A stretch of DNA of 64,000 bases from NCBI GenBank assembly GCA_002728565.1, contig PBUX01000064.1, forward strand, positions 29,529 through 93,528, in the 5' to 3' direction. Shown here piece by piece: positions 12,393 to 22,616 of the stretch (positions are counted from its first letter, which is position 1; the number at the start of each line of letters is the position of its first letter). The DNA is from Methanobacteriota archaeon (GTDB taxonomy: Archaea > Thermoplasmatota > Poseidoniia > Poseidoniales > Thalassarchaeaceae). The position numbers and the translations under genes were made by a program. The notes beneath the pieces are model-generated. The model saw nothing but the letters and a program-made list of their open reading frames with translations, was not told the DNA's origin and did not search any database.

Positions 12393-12482
12393 GTAGTTAT
12401 TGTGGCTGATGAGGGCTCTCCTACCTATAATACATTTGGAAAATCCCACGCTAACAAGCAAGACCCCTCTCAGAGGACATGT

Positions 12483-14942
12483 ATGAAGACCTTAGCCGGC
12501 GTCTCTGCGGTTTTGGGTTTTACCCTAATGCTCTTCGGTGGCGAAGCCTATGTGGCCCATTCGCCCCAAGAGTCATCACCCGAGTTTGTGCACCTGAGCT
12601 TGGGGGGACAAACAGCGTCAACGGATACGGATATCGATCATACTGAGGTTGTTGGACAGTACTGTGTACGGTGCCATAACGATCGCAGAATGACTGGCAA
12701 CATGTCACTTGAGCAGTTTGATGCTGCTAATCCGGAACGGAACGCAGAATTATCAGAAAAGATGATCCATAAGCTCCGGGCGGAGATGATGCCGCCACCG
12801 GGTGCGCGGCGTCCTGCCGGAGACACACTCTTATCGCTTGTTCTCGCCCTTGAATCCAGCATGGATGCTGCAGCGGTAGCGAACCCGAACCCTGGGGGAC
12901 GCAGTTTTCAGAGGCTGAACCAGGCTGAGTATGGGCGCTCTATTCTTGAATTGCTCGACTTGGAGATAGATGCTGGTGATTACCTCCCACTCGATACTAA
13001 GAGTGCGAATTTCGACAATATCGCTGATGCTCAGATGCTTTCACCGATGTTGCTTGATACGTACTTCCGAGCTGCAGCTGAGATTAGCCGACTAGCTGTC
13101 GGAGATCCAAATGTACTTCCCTCCTCGAAGACTTACACAAATGGCGGGTACGTTTCCCAATGGGATCGAGTAGAGGGTGCACCGTTCGGGACGCGTGGTG
13201 GAATCTCTGCCGTGCACACTTTCCCGGCAGACGGTGACTACGTGTTCAAGATGGCCTTTGAACATACCACGACCGGGGGATTTTTCGGCGGCACTTCTAG
13301 GGACGAACAGATCGAGATCTCGATTGATGGTGAGCGCGTTGCGCTCTATTGGGTTGACCGCTTCATGAACGTCTCAGATCCGAACGGCGCAAATATGCAA
13401 AGTGAGCCGATCTTTGTCCGCGCGGGCCCACGCAGGGTGAGCGCAGCTTTCTTGAGACAAGCTGAGGGGCCCAGAGAGGATGTGGTTTCACCTCATGAGT
13501 GGTCGCTGAGTGATAGGCAGATTGGGGTGAGCGGTTATGGAGTCACAGCACTTGCTCATCTGAAAGACCTAGCTATCACAGGTCCCTACGAAGCTACTGG
13601 TGTTTCAGAGACTCCGAGTCGGAGCCGAGTATTCAGTTGTCGGCCGCTTACTCTGGAGGAAGCACCCGCGTGTGCGGAGGAAATTATATCTCGACTGGGT
13701 CCGCAGGCTTTTCGCCGGTCACTAACACAGGACGACCTTGATGGGTTGATGTCTTTCTACGAACTAGGATTTGCTGACGGAGGGTTCGAGCTTGGAGTGC
13801 GGACAGCGATAGAAGCCATACTGGCTAGTCCCGACTTCGTGTTCAGGCTTGAAGAAGCACCCAGTGGGGTGAAGGCAGGGGAAAGCTACGCAGTAAGCGA
13901 CACTGATTTGGCATCTCGACTTTCATTTTTCCTTTGGGGCGCTCCGCCAGATGCGGAGTTGTTGGTCGCGGCCGAAAAGGGCGAATTGTCTGACGAGAGT
14001 GGGCTAACTGCCCAGGTCAGACGTATGCTCCAAGATTCTCGGGCAGAAGCTCTAGGGACACGGTTCGCGAGTCAGTGGCTCCGTTTGGAGGACTTAGACA
14101 AAGTCCACCCCGACCGACTGTTCTTCCCAGATTTTTACCAACAGCTTGCCGATGCGATGCTCAGGGAGACAGAACTGTTCTTCAATAGTTTGGTTCGTGA
14201 AGACCGAAGCGCGCTTGAGTTGTATTCTGCAGACTACACGTACTTGAACGAGGCTTTGGCAAAACACTACGGTATTCCGGGAATTACGGGTACCCATTTT
14301 CGTAAGGTCCAATACCCGGACGCTACCCGCCGCGGAATCCTAGGGCACGGAAGTATTCTCACACTTACCTCACACGCAAATCGGACTTCTCCGGTGCTAC
14401 GAGGCAAATGGGTGTTAGAGGTATTGTTAGGAGCTCCGCCGCCACCACCACCACCAGGTATCCCTGATCTAGACGAGACAGAAGCTTTTGAAGCTGGACG
14501 GCTATTAACTACCCGTGAGCGTATGGAACTGCATCGCTCAAGCCCATCTTGCAACTCGTGCCATCGTTTCATGGATCCCATAGGCCTCGCACTCGATAAT
14601 TACGATGTGACAGGCAGATGGCGGATTCGAGAAAATGGTATGCCACTTGATACCAAGGGCGAATTTTATGATGGGACTATGATTGAGACTCCTTCAGCAC
14701 TTCAGGAAGTTCTCGTAAAGCGGCCGATCCCACTTGTCAGAACTTTCACAGAAAATCTCATGGCATATGCTCTTGGCCGCAGAGTAGAGTATTATGATCA
14801 ACCGACTATCAGGTCTATTACTGCGCAGGCTGAAGAAGACGATTATCGTATGTCATCGTTCATACTTGGAGTTGTGCTCAGTGATGCCTTTAGGATGCAG
14901 CAGGTGAACGTGGTTGCAGATGATGGAAGCGGGATCAACTAG
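12483..14942 (+). CDS. DUF1592-family PSD domain protein with c-type heme motifs, copy 2
   Basis: Paralog of 6216..8648; CVRCH, CNSCH; start MKTLAG chosen from GAGGA RBS and homology with copy 1. Confidence 0.9.
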   Translation: MKTLAGVSAVLGFTLMLFGGEAYVAHSPQESSPEFVHLSLGGQTASTDTDIDHTEVVGQYCVRCHNDRRMTGNMSLEQFDAANPERNAELSEKMIHKLRAEMMPPPGARRPAGDTLLSLVLALESSMDAAAVANPNPGGRSFQRLNQAEYGRSILELLDLEIDAGDYLPLDTKSANFDNIADAQMLSPMLLDTYFRAAAEISRLAVGDPNVLPSSKTYTNGGYVSQWDRVEGAPFGTRGGISAVHTFPADGDYVFKMAFEHTTTGGFFGGTSRDEQIEISIDGERVALYWVDRFMNVSDPNGANMQSEPIFVRAGPRRVSAAFLRQAEGPREDVVSPHEWSLSDRQIGVSGYGVTALAHLKDLAITGPYEATGVSETPSRSRVFSCRPLTLEEAPACAEEIISRLGPQAFRRSLTQDDLDGLMSFYELGFADGGFELGVRTAIEAILASPDFVFRLEEAPSGVKAGESYAVSDTDLASRLSFFLWGAPPDAELLVAAEKGELSDESGLTAQVRRMLQDSRAEALGTRFASQWLRLEDLDKVHPDRLFFPDFYQQLADAMLRETELFFNSLVREDRSALELYSADYTYLNEALAKHYGIPGITGTHFRKVQYPDATRRGILGHGSILTLTSHANRTSPVLRGKWVLEVLLGAPPPPPPPGIPDLDETEAFEAGRLLTTRERMELHRSSPSCNSCHRFMDPIGLALDNYDVTGRWRIRENGMPLDTKGEFYDGTMIETPSALQEVLVKRPIPLVRTFTENLMAYALGRRVEYYDQPTIRSITAQAEEDDYRMSSFILGVVLSDAFRMQQVNVVADDGSGIN

Positions 14943-14969
14943 AGATAGCTACTAGGAGAAGCTCGGATT

Positions 14970-16388
14970 ATGGAATTCATCACCGGTAAACACATGCCCC
15001 GTCGTTCGTTCGTTCGAGGGATGGGTGCAACGGTGGCTCTGCCATTTCTAGAAGCGATGATCCCAGCTGGACGTATTTGGTCTAGCGCTAACGAAGATGC
15101 TTTACCTACTCGGCTAGTCGCGATTGAGATGGTCCATGGGGCCGCCGGATGTAACGAATGGGGTGCAACGCAAAACCTCTGGTCTCCGGAGGAAGTCGGC
15201 CGTGACTTTGATCTCACGCCAACCTCGCTTAGCTCACTCGAGCCATTCAGAGATTATCTCACGATCATTAGCAACACCGATGTCAGGATGGCAGAAGCTT
15301 TCCAGCCTTATGAAATTGGTGGGGACCATTTTCGCTCAAGTGCTGTTTTCCTGACTCAGTCTCACCCGAAGCAAACGGAAGGTTCAGACGTATACGTTGG
15401 AACTTCTCTTGATCAACTCTACGCTCAGCGTTTTGGGCAGGACACACCGATCCCTTCCATGCAACTTTGCATTGAGAATATCAATCAATCGGGTGGGTGT
15501 GCGTACGGGTATACGTGCGTCTACACGGACTCAATCAGTTGGGCATCGCCTACCGAGCCATTGCCGGTTATTCGCGATCCAAGGGTCGCATTCGACCAAT
15601 TGTTTGGTGCTGGAGGAACTGTTGAGGAGCGTGCACTTCGTCGCAGGACAAATAAGAGTATACTCGATTGGATCACTGGTCGTGTGGCCCAACTGCGAAG
15701 GGAGCTTGGCCCCAACGATATTCAGAGACTCGACAGGTACCTAGACAACGTTCGGGAAATCGAACGTCGTATCCAAAGAATTGAAGCTCAGAATATGAGT
15801 GGTGAGTCTCGAGATTTACCGGAGGCACCGGCCGGGGTACCGGACTCGTTTGAAGAGCACACCCGGCTGATGTTTGACTTGCAAGCACTCGCCTTCTCGT
15901 CAGATGTGACTAGGGTATTCTCGCTGAAGATGGGCCGTGACTCATCCGCACGGGTTTTCGCAGAGAGTGGCACAGATCGTCCGTTCCATCCCGCATCACA
16001 CCATGGCGGACGAGAGGAAGCAATTCTTGATTTTGCTAAGATCAACCGATACCACGTAAGCATGCTCCCATACTTCCTTGAGAAGCTTCAGAGCATACAA
16101 GAAGGTGACACCCATCTTCTAGACAAGACGATGATCATTTATGGATCACCGATGGCAGACGGGAATCTCCATAACCATCGTCGTGCTCCCCTCTTTGTTG
16201 CGGGTGGGGCGAATGGAAGGTTGGAAGGGGGGCTCCATCTTAAGACGCCGGACGGAACCCCGATGGCGAATGCTATGCTAAGTCTTGCTCATACGTTGGG
16301 CATGGATGATATGGATGATTTCGGTGACAGTACTGGAGAGCTGTCCTTATCAATGCCTGCCAGCACCCTTACTAGCGCAGGGTCATAA
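14970..16388 (+). CDS. DUF1552 (HXXSHH) protein, copy 2
   Basis: RRSFVRG, HPASHH, GNLHNH; paralog of 8668..10080. Confidence 0.9.
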   Translation: MEFITGKHMPRRSFVRGMGATVALPFLEAMIPAGRIWSSANEDALPTRLVAIEMVHGAAGCNEWGATQNLWSPEEVGRDFDLTPTSLSSLEPFRDYLTIISNTDVRMAEAFQPYEIGGDHFRSSAVFLTQSHPKQTEGSDVYVGTSLDQLYAQRFGQDTPIPSMQLCIENINQSGGCAYGYTCVYTDSISWASPTEPLPVIRDPRVAFDQLFGAGGTVEERALRRRTNKSILDWITGRVAQLRRELGPNDIQRLDRYLDNVREIERRIQRIEAQNMSGESRDLPEAPAGVPDSFEEHTRLMFDLQALAFSSDVTRVFSLKMGRDSSARVFAESGTDRPFHPASHHGGREEAILDFAKINRYHVSMLPYFLEKLQSIQEGDTHLLDKTMIIYGSPMADGNLHNHRRAPLFVAGGANGRLEGGLHLKTPDGTPMANAMLSLAHTLGMDDMDDFGDSTGELSLSMPASTLTSAGS

Positions 16389-16390
16389 GG

Positions 16391-18175
16391 ATGAGTACGC
16401 ACTTCTTAAGATCCTTAAGTGTATTGTGTCTTAGTGCACTGTTATCGGGCGCAGTACCTCCTGAGTCGCCGGTGGCGGATGCAGCCATGCGAGCCGACTT
16501 GGATAAGGTGCGGATACTTCTTAAGGGTGGAGCGGATGTAAACGTTGCTCAAGGCGACGGAATGACTGCACTTCACTGGTCAGCTGAGAATCGCAGTGTC
16601 GAGATGGCTGCGATGCTTATCTATGCTGGTGCGAATGTGGAGGCTGTTACCCGGATCGGTGGCTACACACCACTGCATCTGGCCTCACGGTCTGGTAGTG
16701 CTGCGATCGTTCAGGAGCTGCTCGAAGCTGGTGCAAACCCAACGGTCGCGAGTAGCGCAGGTGGAGCCACACCCCTTCACTTCGCAGCATCAGCATCAAG
16801 TAGGGGATCAGTGATCTCGTTACTTGACCATGGTGCCGAGATTGATGCTCGTGAGAGTGCTTGGGAACAGACACCGCTCATGTTTGCTGCCTCACTTGGT
16901 CGTACTGAGATCGTGGAGTTATTGCTCAGCCGAGGAGCGGACGTATCCGTTACCACTTCTGCTGTCTACTTGCCGGCGCTTCAGGATGAGGACCGGGCTG
17001 CTCGACAGCGCAGGGACAAAGTGCTCGATGGATTCCGTGCTCAGAATGTCTCGGGATCTGAGTCTTGGAGACCAAGCCCGACAGAGGTACAGGCAGCAAT
17101 GGAGTCTTCTAGGATAGACCCAGAAGAATCAGCTAATCCTGAAGAAGAGGGAGAAGACGCCTACAACGAACAGGTCGGTGTCCCTGGTGGGAACTCTTAC
17201 GCGGATCTCGTAGGTACGATGGGTGGGACCACTGCTTTGATTCATGCTGTTCGAGAAGGACATCTCGAAACAGTGGGTGTGCTTTTGGATCATGGTGCGG
17301 ACATCAATCAACCTAGTGCAGGTGACCAGACGACACCGTTACTGAGTGCAATAATTAACGGCTACTTTGATCTTGCTCTTGAGTTGCTTAAGCATGGCGC
17401 TGACCCGAGACTCGCGAGTACGGCAGGTACGACACCACTTTTCTCCGTAATTAATACGAGATGGGCACCAAAGGCTCGTTATCCACAGCAGGAAGCCCAC
17501 AAGCAGCAACAGGCAACACACTTAGAAGTGATGGAGGCCCTGCTCCGATCTGGAGCTAACCCGAACGCGCGGTTGACTAAGCACCTGTGGTTTATGGAAT
17601 ACACATTCAGCCACTTGGGCATCGACACCTCCGGAGCTACTCCGTTCTGGCGTGCGACCCATGCACTTGATGTACCGGCGATGAAGCTTCTAGTTGAATA
17701 TGGTGCCGATCCTGGTATTCCCACGACCAAGGGGCGGGATCGTCGCTCACGCGGGGGTGGAGGAGAAGATCCCTCTGGACTGCCCCCTGTCCCATTTGGT
17801 GGGCCAGCTGTCCACCCGATTCATGTAGCTGCAGGTCATGGATACGGCACTGGTTACGCGGGTTACTCACATAGGCATGCGCCAGATGCATGGCTTACGA
17901 CTGTGAAGTATCTCGTTGAAGAGCACGGAGCTGACGTCAATGCGCGAGATCACAACGGATATTCCCCAGTCCATAACGCTGCATCTCGCGGTGATATTGA
18001 GATGATTCGCTACCTTGTGGACAAGGGAGCAGACGTTATGGTGGTGAGCCGCCGGGGGCAGACAACCGTCGATATGGCAAACGGCCCACAGCAACGGATC
18101 CAGCCGTTCCCGGAAGCGATGTCATTGCTTGAAAGCCTGGGTGCAAAAAACAATCACAATTGTGTGAGTTGCTGA
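16391..18175 (+). CDS. Exported ankyrin repeat protein with C-terminal CxxC, copy 2
   Basis: Ankyrin repeats, signal peptide, ends NNHNCVSC. Confidence 0.9.
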   Translation: MSTHFLRSLSVLCLSALLSGAVPPESPVADAAMRADLDKVRILLKGGADVNVAQGDGMTALHWSAENRSVEMAAMLIYAGANVEAVTRIGGYTPLHLASRSGSAAIVQELLEAGANPTVASSAGGATPLHFAASASSRGSVISLLDHGAEIDARESAWEQTPLMFAASLGRTEIVELLLSRGADVSVTTSAVYLPALQDEDRAARQRRDKVLDGFRAQNVSGSESWRPSPTEVQAAMESSRIDPEESANPEEEGEDAYNEQVGVPGGNSYADLVGTMGGTTALIHAVREGHLETVGVLLDHGADINQPSAGDQTTPLLSAIINGYFDLALELLKHGADPRLASTAGTTPLFSVINTRWAPKARYPQQEAHKQQQATHLEVMEALLRSGANPNARLTKHLWFMEYTFSHLGIDTSGATPFWRATHALDVPAMKLLVEYGADPGIPTTKGRDRRSRGGGGEDPSGLPPVPFGGPAVHPIHVAAGHGYGTGYAGYSHRHAPDAWLTTVKYLVEEHGADVNARDHNGYSPVHNAASRGDIEMIRYLVDKGADVMVVSRRGQTTVDMANGPQQRIQPFPEAMSLLESLGAKNNHNCVSC

Positions 18176-18258
18176 TAGCTCCGTTCACCACATAGTGCCA
18201 AGTATCAGTTAAGTGGGTGTCTATCTCCTACGAAGACTTTACCGAGTTCATTCCAATC

Positions 18259-19584
18259 TTATCTACCAACTTCTCGGATATCGCTTCGTGCTCGTGGAGA
18301 TCGAGTGTAGGCTGACACCAAGCTTTCATGGCCATTTGGCCCGATAGCCATAACTCCGAATACGTAGTCGTCTATCGAGATGTCCTCGAGCACGTAAGCA
18401 GTGACATCGCCAACATCAATCCCAAATTGCCACTCCGGGGTCCAGGCTTCGCGCCAGACCACTCTGTAGGAGGACGCCCCTTGGGAGGCTTCCCAACTCA
18501 TCGAGGCCGCGTACCCTGATTCGCCTCGTCCGAGACGGGGGTTGCCGCCATCCATCACATTGGGGGCCGGCGGAGCCAGGGCTATTGTCGCCACCCCGGC
18601 AGCGTTCACACGAGCATTTTTCGCAAGGTATTCGAAATCAACACCCCCAAGTGTGTCTTCTGGTTCATGTTGACGACTATAGTTCTCTCGGGATTCAGTA
18701 AACCGAACTCCTGCAAACCCTCGGCGGTTGAATGCCGTGTGGTCACCACCACGGCCGAAGCGATCTTCACGCGCGATCAGGCGCACCTCATGTCCCGGCA
18801 TGTAGACTGCTGCATGTCTGCGGATGAAGCGTGCTAGTTGTCGGGATGGGGAGTCCATAGGGTCCTCTGAGAAGACCCGCACGGTCCTGCCATCAGTAAT
18901 CCCATTCCCACCTTCGGTATTCCCCACGATATCATTATTGAAGACGGCGTCGATCACCCACCCTTCTCGTTCTGCTTTTGCGGAATGAAGGCTTGCTCCT
19001 ACCAGGCCTTCTTCCTCTGCGACGAAACCTACGAATACCAGGGTTGCATCAAATTGCAGTCCGCTTTGAGCCATTACACGGGCTACCTCCATTGTGAGAA
19101 CGGTTCCACTACCGTCATCATTGGCCCCTGGAGCGGGATTGTCCCATCGGGTCCAGTCGAATTCCCCACTATCGATTCGCCGCGCAACTGTATCGTAATG
19201 ACCACTCACATAAACTCGGCGATTGCTTCTACCAGGCAGTATGGCGACCACATTGCAAAGTTCAACTTCTTGAGCGATCCGTCCCTGGGGCTCAACCTGA
19301 TAACAATCAAAATCAACTTGGAGACGGTCGCTGAAGCTCTGCATGGTTCGCAGGATATACTCTCGTGCTGGACTGATACCCCAGTCGGGGCGGTCCGAGA
19401 GAGAAAGCGAATGTCGGGTTTGGAAGTCCGTAAGTACTTCCAGGTACTCATGAAGCCGTTCCGGCGAGATGTTTCGGACCACTTCGACGATTTGAGGGTC
19501 AATCACAGGCCCTTGTGCCGACGATGGTGGTGTTGTGAGCAGGGCAAAGAAAAGCATGATCACAATTGGGATCTGAAGCTTCAT
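18259..19584 (-). CDS. Secreted M28 family metallopeptidase with C-terminal FN3-like domain
   Basis: SGHYD, GANDDGSG, AEEEGL, GGDH motifs; signal peptide. Confidence 0.9.
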   Translation of the reverse strand: MKLQIPIVIMLFFALLTTPPSSAQGPVIDPQIVEVVRNISPERLHEYLEVLTDFQTRHSLSLSDRPDWGISPAREYILRTMQSFSDRLQVDFDCYQVEPQGRIAQEVELCNVVAILPGRSNRRVYVSGHYDTVARRIDSGEFDWTRWDNPAPGANDDGSGTVLTMEVARVMAQSGLQFDATLVFVGFVAEEEGLVGASLHSAKAEREGWVIDAVFNNDIVGNTEGGNGITDGRTVRVFSEDPMDSPSRQLARFIRRHAAVYMPGHEVRLIAREDRFGRGGDHTAFNRRGFAGVRFTESRENYSRQHEPEDTLGGVDFEYLAKNARVNAAGVATIALAPPAPNVMDGGNPRLGRGESGYAASMSWEASQGASSYRVVWREAWTPEWQFGIDVGDVTAYVLEDISIDDYVFGVMAIGPNGHESLVSAYTRSPRARSDIREVGR

Positions 19585-19729
19585 ACCTCTTCCTTGGTTC
19601 TACGGATATATGGGACTTAAGGGATGCTGTGCGCTGATCTGGTAGCTGGATAGACAATGATCAAATGGCTGTAGCTATCGCGGTGTGCAACATGAGTGAG
19701 CTCGGTAGAGGTGAGCAAGCCTCAGGTTT

Positions 19730-20365
19730 TCAAGAAGGTGTGATCCGTTGACGGTAATGCTTCGCGACCTTCGCCCGATTTCCACAGCGTGACATAGAGC
19801 ACCATCTTCGACGCCCACTTTTGCTTGTATCTAGAAACCAATACATGCAATTGCTGAAAGCACATTGTCGAATACGAGTTGGGTTTACCTCAGTCACTAT
19901 ACGCGCTGCGGAGAGCGCTATCGGTTGGAGTACACCAAGTACTGATGAGATATGCTCGTGTACATTCAGTACTAATTGACCCTCCATTCCCTCCTCTTGG
20001 TCTCCTTCGGGTGGGATAGTGAGTGAATCCAGCCGGAATGAGGTTCCGTTTTCTGTGAGAATGCGGTTTAGGGCGTCCACGGTGTAGGGTGGCGGTAGTT
20101 CTCCAGCTACAAGACTTTGGACGATCAGTAGGATGTCTCGTCGGAGCCAGAGGGTTTCATCAAGGAGTATGCGACGGTTAGGGGGGGACGAGGATAATTC
20201 AGCGCAGTCGGCGCCATCTGGTAGGCCAGCAGCGGTCAACCAAATAATTAAATCCTCTGGGCTTTGAAGGAGGTCTAGGGGCTGATCTGCATTGAAACGC
20301 CACGTATTTAGCAGGTCGAGCGCTAGCGTACCTCCATCAAAGACAAAATGACTATCCTGATTCAT
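19730..20365 (-). CDS. ABATE domain / CGNR zinc finger putative transcription regulator
   Basis: GGTLALDLLNT N-terminus; C...C.YWFLDTSKSGRRRWCSMSRCGNRAKV. Confidence 0.95.
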   Translation of the reverse strand: MNQDSHFVFDGGTLALDLLNTWRFNADQPLDLLQSPEDLIIWLTAAGLPDGADCAELSSSPPNRRILLDETLWLRRDILLIVQSLVAGELPPPYTVDALNRILTENGTSFRLDSLTIPPEGDQEEGMEGQLVLNVHEHISSVLGVLQPIALSAARIVTEVNPTRIRQCAFSNCMYWFLDTSKSGRRRWCSMSRCGNRAKVAKHYRQRITPS

Positions 20366-20434
20366 ATAACTGTTAAAATAATAATAAAACAGTTATAATA
20401 TCAAATAACTGGTAAAAACGCTTAATAACAGTTA
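20365..20434. promoter_or_regulatory. Tandem palindromic operators TAACTG(T/G)T-N13-AACAGTTA
   Basis: TATAACTGTT (20365-74) / AACAGTTATA (20388-97) and TAACTGGT (20406-13) / AACAGTTA (20427-34), both with a 13-nt spacer. Confidence 0.75.
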
Positions 20435-20694
20435 GATATGGCCTTCTTTCTCCATCTCAGTAGGGATTTGGAGTATTAGCGGACTCCGCTGAACTGATTT
20501 TCTAAGATCTGTAGCAAATATTTATCCTGAAGTTTTCCATGACGATTCAGTTTAATTCGTGCTATGGATAGTCAGGTAAGTTCTTTTCACCCACCAGCGG
20601 TGTGCCCATAGAGCTGCTCAACGGATGGTGATGATGGAATACAAGATGTTCAGAACACTTGACCATCCGCCAAGCCCGGCTACCCTTTGGGCGC

Positions 20695-21975
20695 ATGAGT
20701 AAATTGATAGAAGAACTTCAGTGGAGAGGGTTGCTGCAAGATGCAACCGAAGGAGCAGCCGAGCACTTGGCTGAGGCTCCACGCACTGGGTATATCGGCT
20801 TTGACCCTTCGGCGTGCAGCCTCCATGTTGGCAACCTACTCGTGGTCATGGATCTGGTGCACATGCAGCGGCACGGTCATACCCCGATTGCACTGGTTGG
20901 TGGTGGTACGGGGTTAATTGGTGACCCATCGGGTAAGACTGCTGAGAGGCAGTTGCTTACCAAGGAGATCGCGGCGGAAAATGCTGAGGGAATTCGTGCC
21001 CAGCTCGCGCATTTTCTCGACTTCGATGTGAAATCAAATCCGGCCATCATGCGAAACAATCTTGATTGGCTTGGGCAACTGTCTTTGGTGGACTTTTTGC
21101 GGGATATCGGGAAGCACTTCTCGGTCAACCAACTTATTGCGAAGGAATCTGTGAAACGCCGTTTGGAGAATGAGGAGACTGGACTCTCATATACGGAGTT
21201 CAGCTACGCGCTCCTACAGTCGTACGATTTTCTTGAGTTGTATCGCCGTGATCAATGCACGGTTCAGTTAGGAGGTAGCGATCAGTGGGGTAATATCACA
21301 GCAGGTACTGACTTGGTTCGCCGGGTCGCAGGTGGAAAAGCATTTGGGGTCGTGTCACCTCTACTGACCAACTCTAGCGGCACTAAATTCGGAAAGACCG
21401 AAGCAGGAAATGTTTGGCTTGACCCAGAACTCACTTCACCATTCGCATTTTACCAATTTTGGGTTAACACTGACGACCGTGATGTGATGGGGTTCTTGAG
21501 GTGCTTCTCTCTGCTCTCCCAGTCTGAAATTGGTGAACTAGAAGAAGCTACACAGGCTGAACCTGAGAAACGCATAGCTCAAAAGGCATTAGCTGATGAA
21601 GTAACTCATCGGGTTCATGGTGAAACGGGACTAGCTTCAGCTCGCAAAGCTACACAGGCTCTTTTTGGGGGGGATATATCAGGGCTAAATGCCAACGAAA
21701 TCAGTGAGGTTTTTGCGGATGTACCGTCTTCAGAACTTGAAAAATCCCGTTTAACGGGAGATGGCTGGAAGCTCGTTGAGGTTCTAGTCGAATCTGGTGT
21801 GGCCTCCTCCAAGGGGGATGCACGCCGTGCTATAGAGGGCGGGGGAATCTATCTGAACGGTGAGCGTATCCAAGATGTTTCTAGAGCTTTATCAATAGAG
21901 GACGCGATCGAGGGCCGTTACCTGTTACTTCGGAAGGGTAAGAGAGCCTACCATCTAGTGGCAGTTTCTGAATAG
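20695..21975 (+). CDS. tyrS: Tyrosine--tRNA ligase
   Basis: YIGFDPS..SLHVGN, QLGGSDQWGNI, KFGKT, C-terminal S4 domain. Confidence 0.98.
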   Translation: MSKLIEELQWRGLLQDATEGAAEHLAEAPRTGYIGFDPSACSLHVGNLLVVMDLVHMQRHGHTPIALVGGGTGLIGDPSGKTAERQLLTKEIAAENAEGIRAQLAHFLDFDVKSNPAIMRNNLDWLGQLSLVDFLRDIGKHFSVNQLIAKESVKRRLENEETGLSYTEFSYALLQSYDFLELYRRDQCTVQLGGSDQWGNITAGTDLVRRVAGGKAFGVVSPLLTNSSGTKFGKTEAGNVWLDPELTSPFAFYQFWVNTDDRDVMGFLRCFSLLSQSEIGELEEATQAEPEKRIAQKALADEVTHRVHGETGLASARKATQALFGGDISGLNANEISEVFADVPSSELEKSRLTGDGWKLVEVLVESGVASSKGDARRAIEGGGIYLNGERIQDVSRALSIEDAIEGRYLLLRKGKRAYHLVAVSE

Positions 21976-22050
21976 AGTAAGTCGGGTAAGCAGGACTTTG
22001 CACCATAGTATAAAGCCAGCCAAAAGTATTCTCATCACAAGAGGATTAGA

Positions 22051-22602
22051 TTGATGACGCCTATGAGAGCTTCCGTATTATTAATCGCATCGTTCTTCGT
22101 AATGAACGGGTGTGCTCGAACAGTAATCACAGAAAACGACGTTACTGAGGAAGCACGGGGGATACATGGAGGCTGGGTAGTCTCCGAGTGGGTCATGCCG
22201 GAAAATGAAGTTATGGCCATGCCTGCTGAGCACGGACTGTTCTTGTTTACGGAATCTGGCCATTACAGCATGATGTGGGTTCCATCAGCAGACAGGCCGA
22301 TTCTCCCAACCCCGTCCGAGGAGGCTTCAGACGCCCAACTAGCAGAAGCCTACATGGGTTTTATTGCTAATTCGGGGCGGTATACTGCAACGGATGACAT
22401 GATTACCTATGAGGCGTACATAGCTAGAGATCCGGAGTATATGTCGCGTTTCGAGCCAATGGGTGGAGAAGGGAATGCTCGGAGCCTTAACTACATGCTA
22501 AACGAGGATGGCACCCTTACGTTGGAATTTATAGCAGAGGATGAATATGGAGCAGGTGTAGTGGCCACTCTCAGACGACCGGGTAGTGCAAGTCAGGACT
22601 AG
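22051..22602 (+). CDS. Putative lipoprotein, lipocalin-like domain
   Basis: Lipobox-like MNGC; G.W.V, GLFLFT..GHYS, ANSGRYT pattern. Confidence 0.55.
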   Translation: MMTPMRASVLLIASFFVMNGCARTVITENDVTEEARGIHGGWVVSEWVMPENEVMAMPAEHGLFLFTESGHYSMMWVPSADRPILPTPSEEASDAQLAEAYMGFIANSGRYTATDDMITYEAYIARDPEYMSRFEPMGGEGNARSLNYMLNEDGTLTLEFIAEDEYGAGVVATLRRPGSASQD

Positions 22603-22616
22603 CTAGCCTAAGTGGG

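Noticed and set aside
6216-18175. Duplication as an assembly artefact
   Set aside because: Copies differ at many synonymous and amino-acid positions and have indels.
18985-19620. 211-aa plus-strand ORF and similar antisense ORFs (34380..35030, 51906..52529, 57101..57658)
   Set aside because: Shadows of well-supported genes on the opposite strand, with no recognisable motifs.
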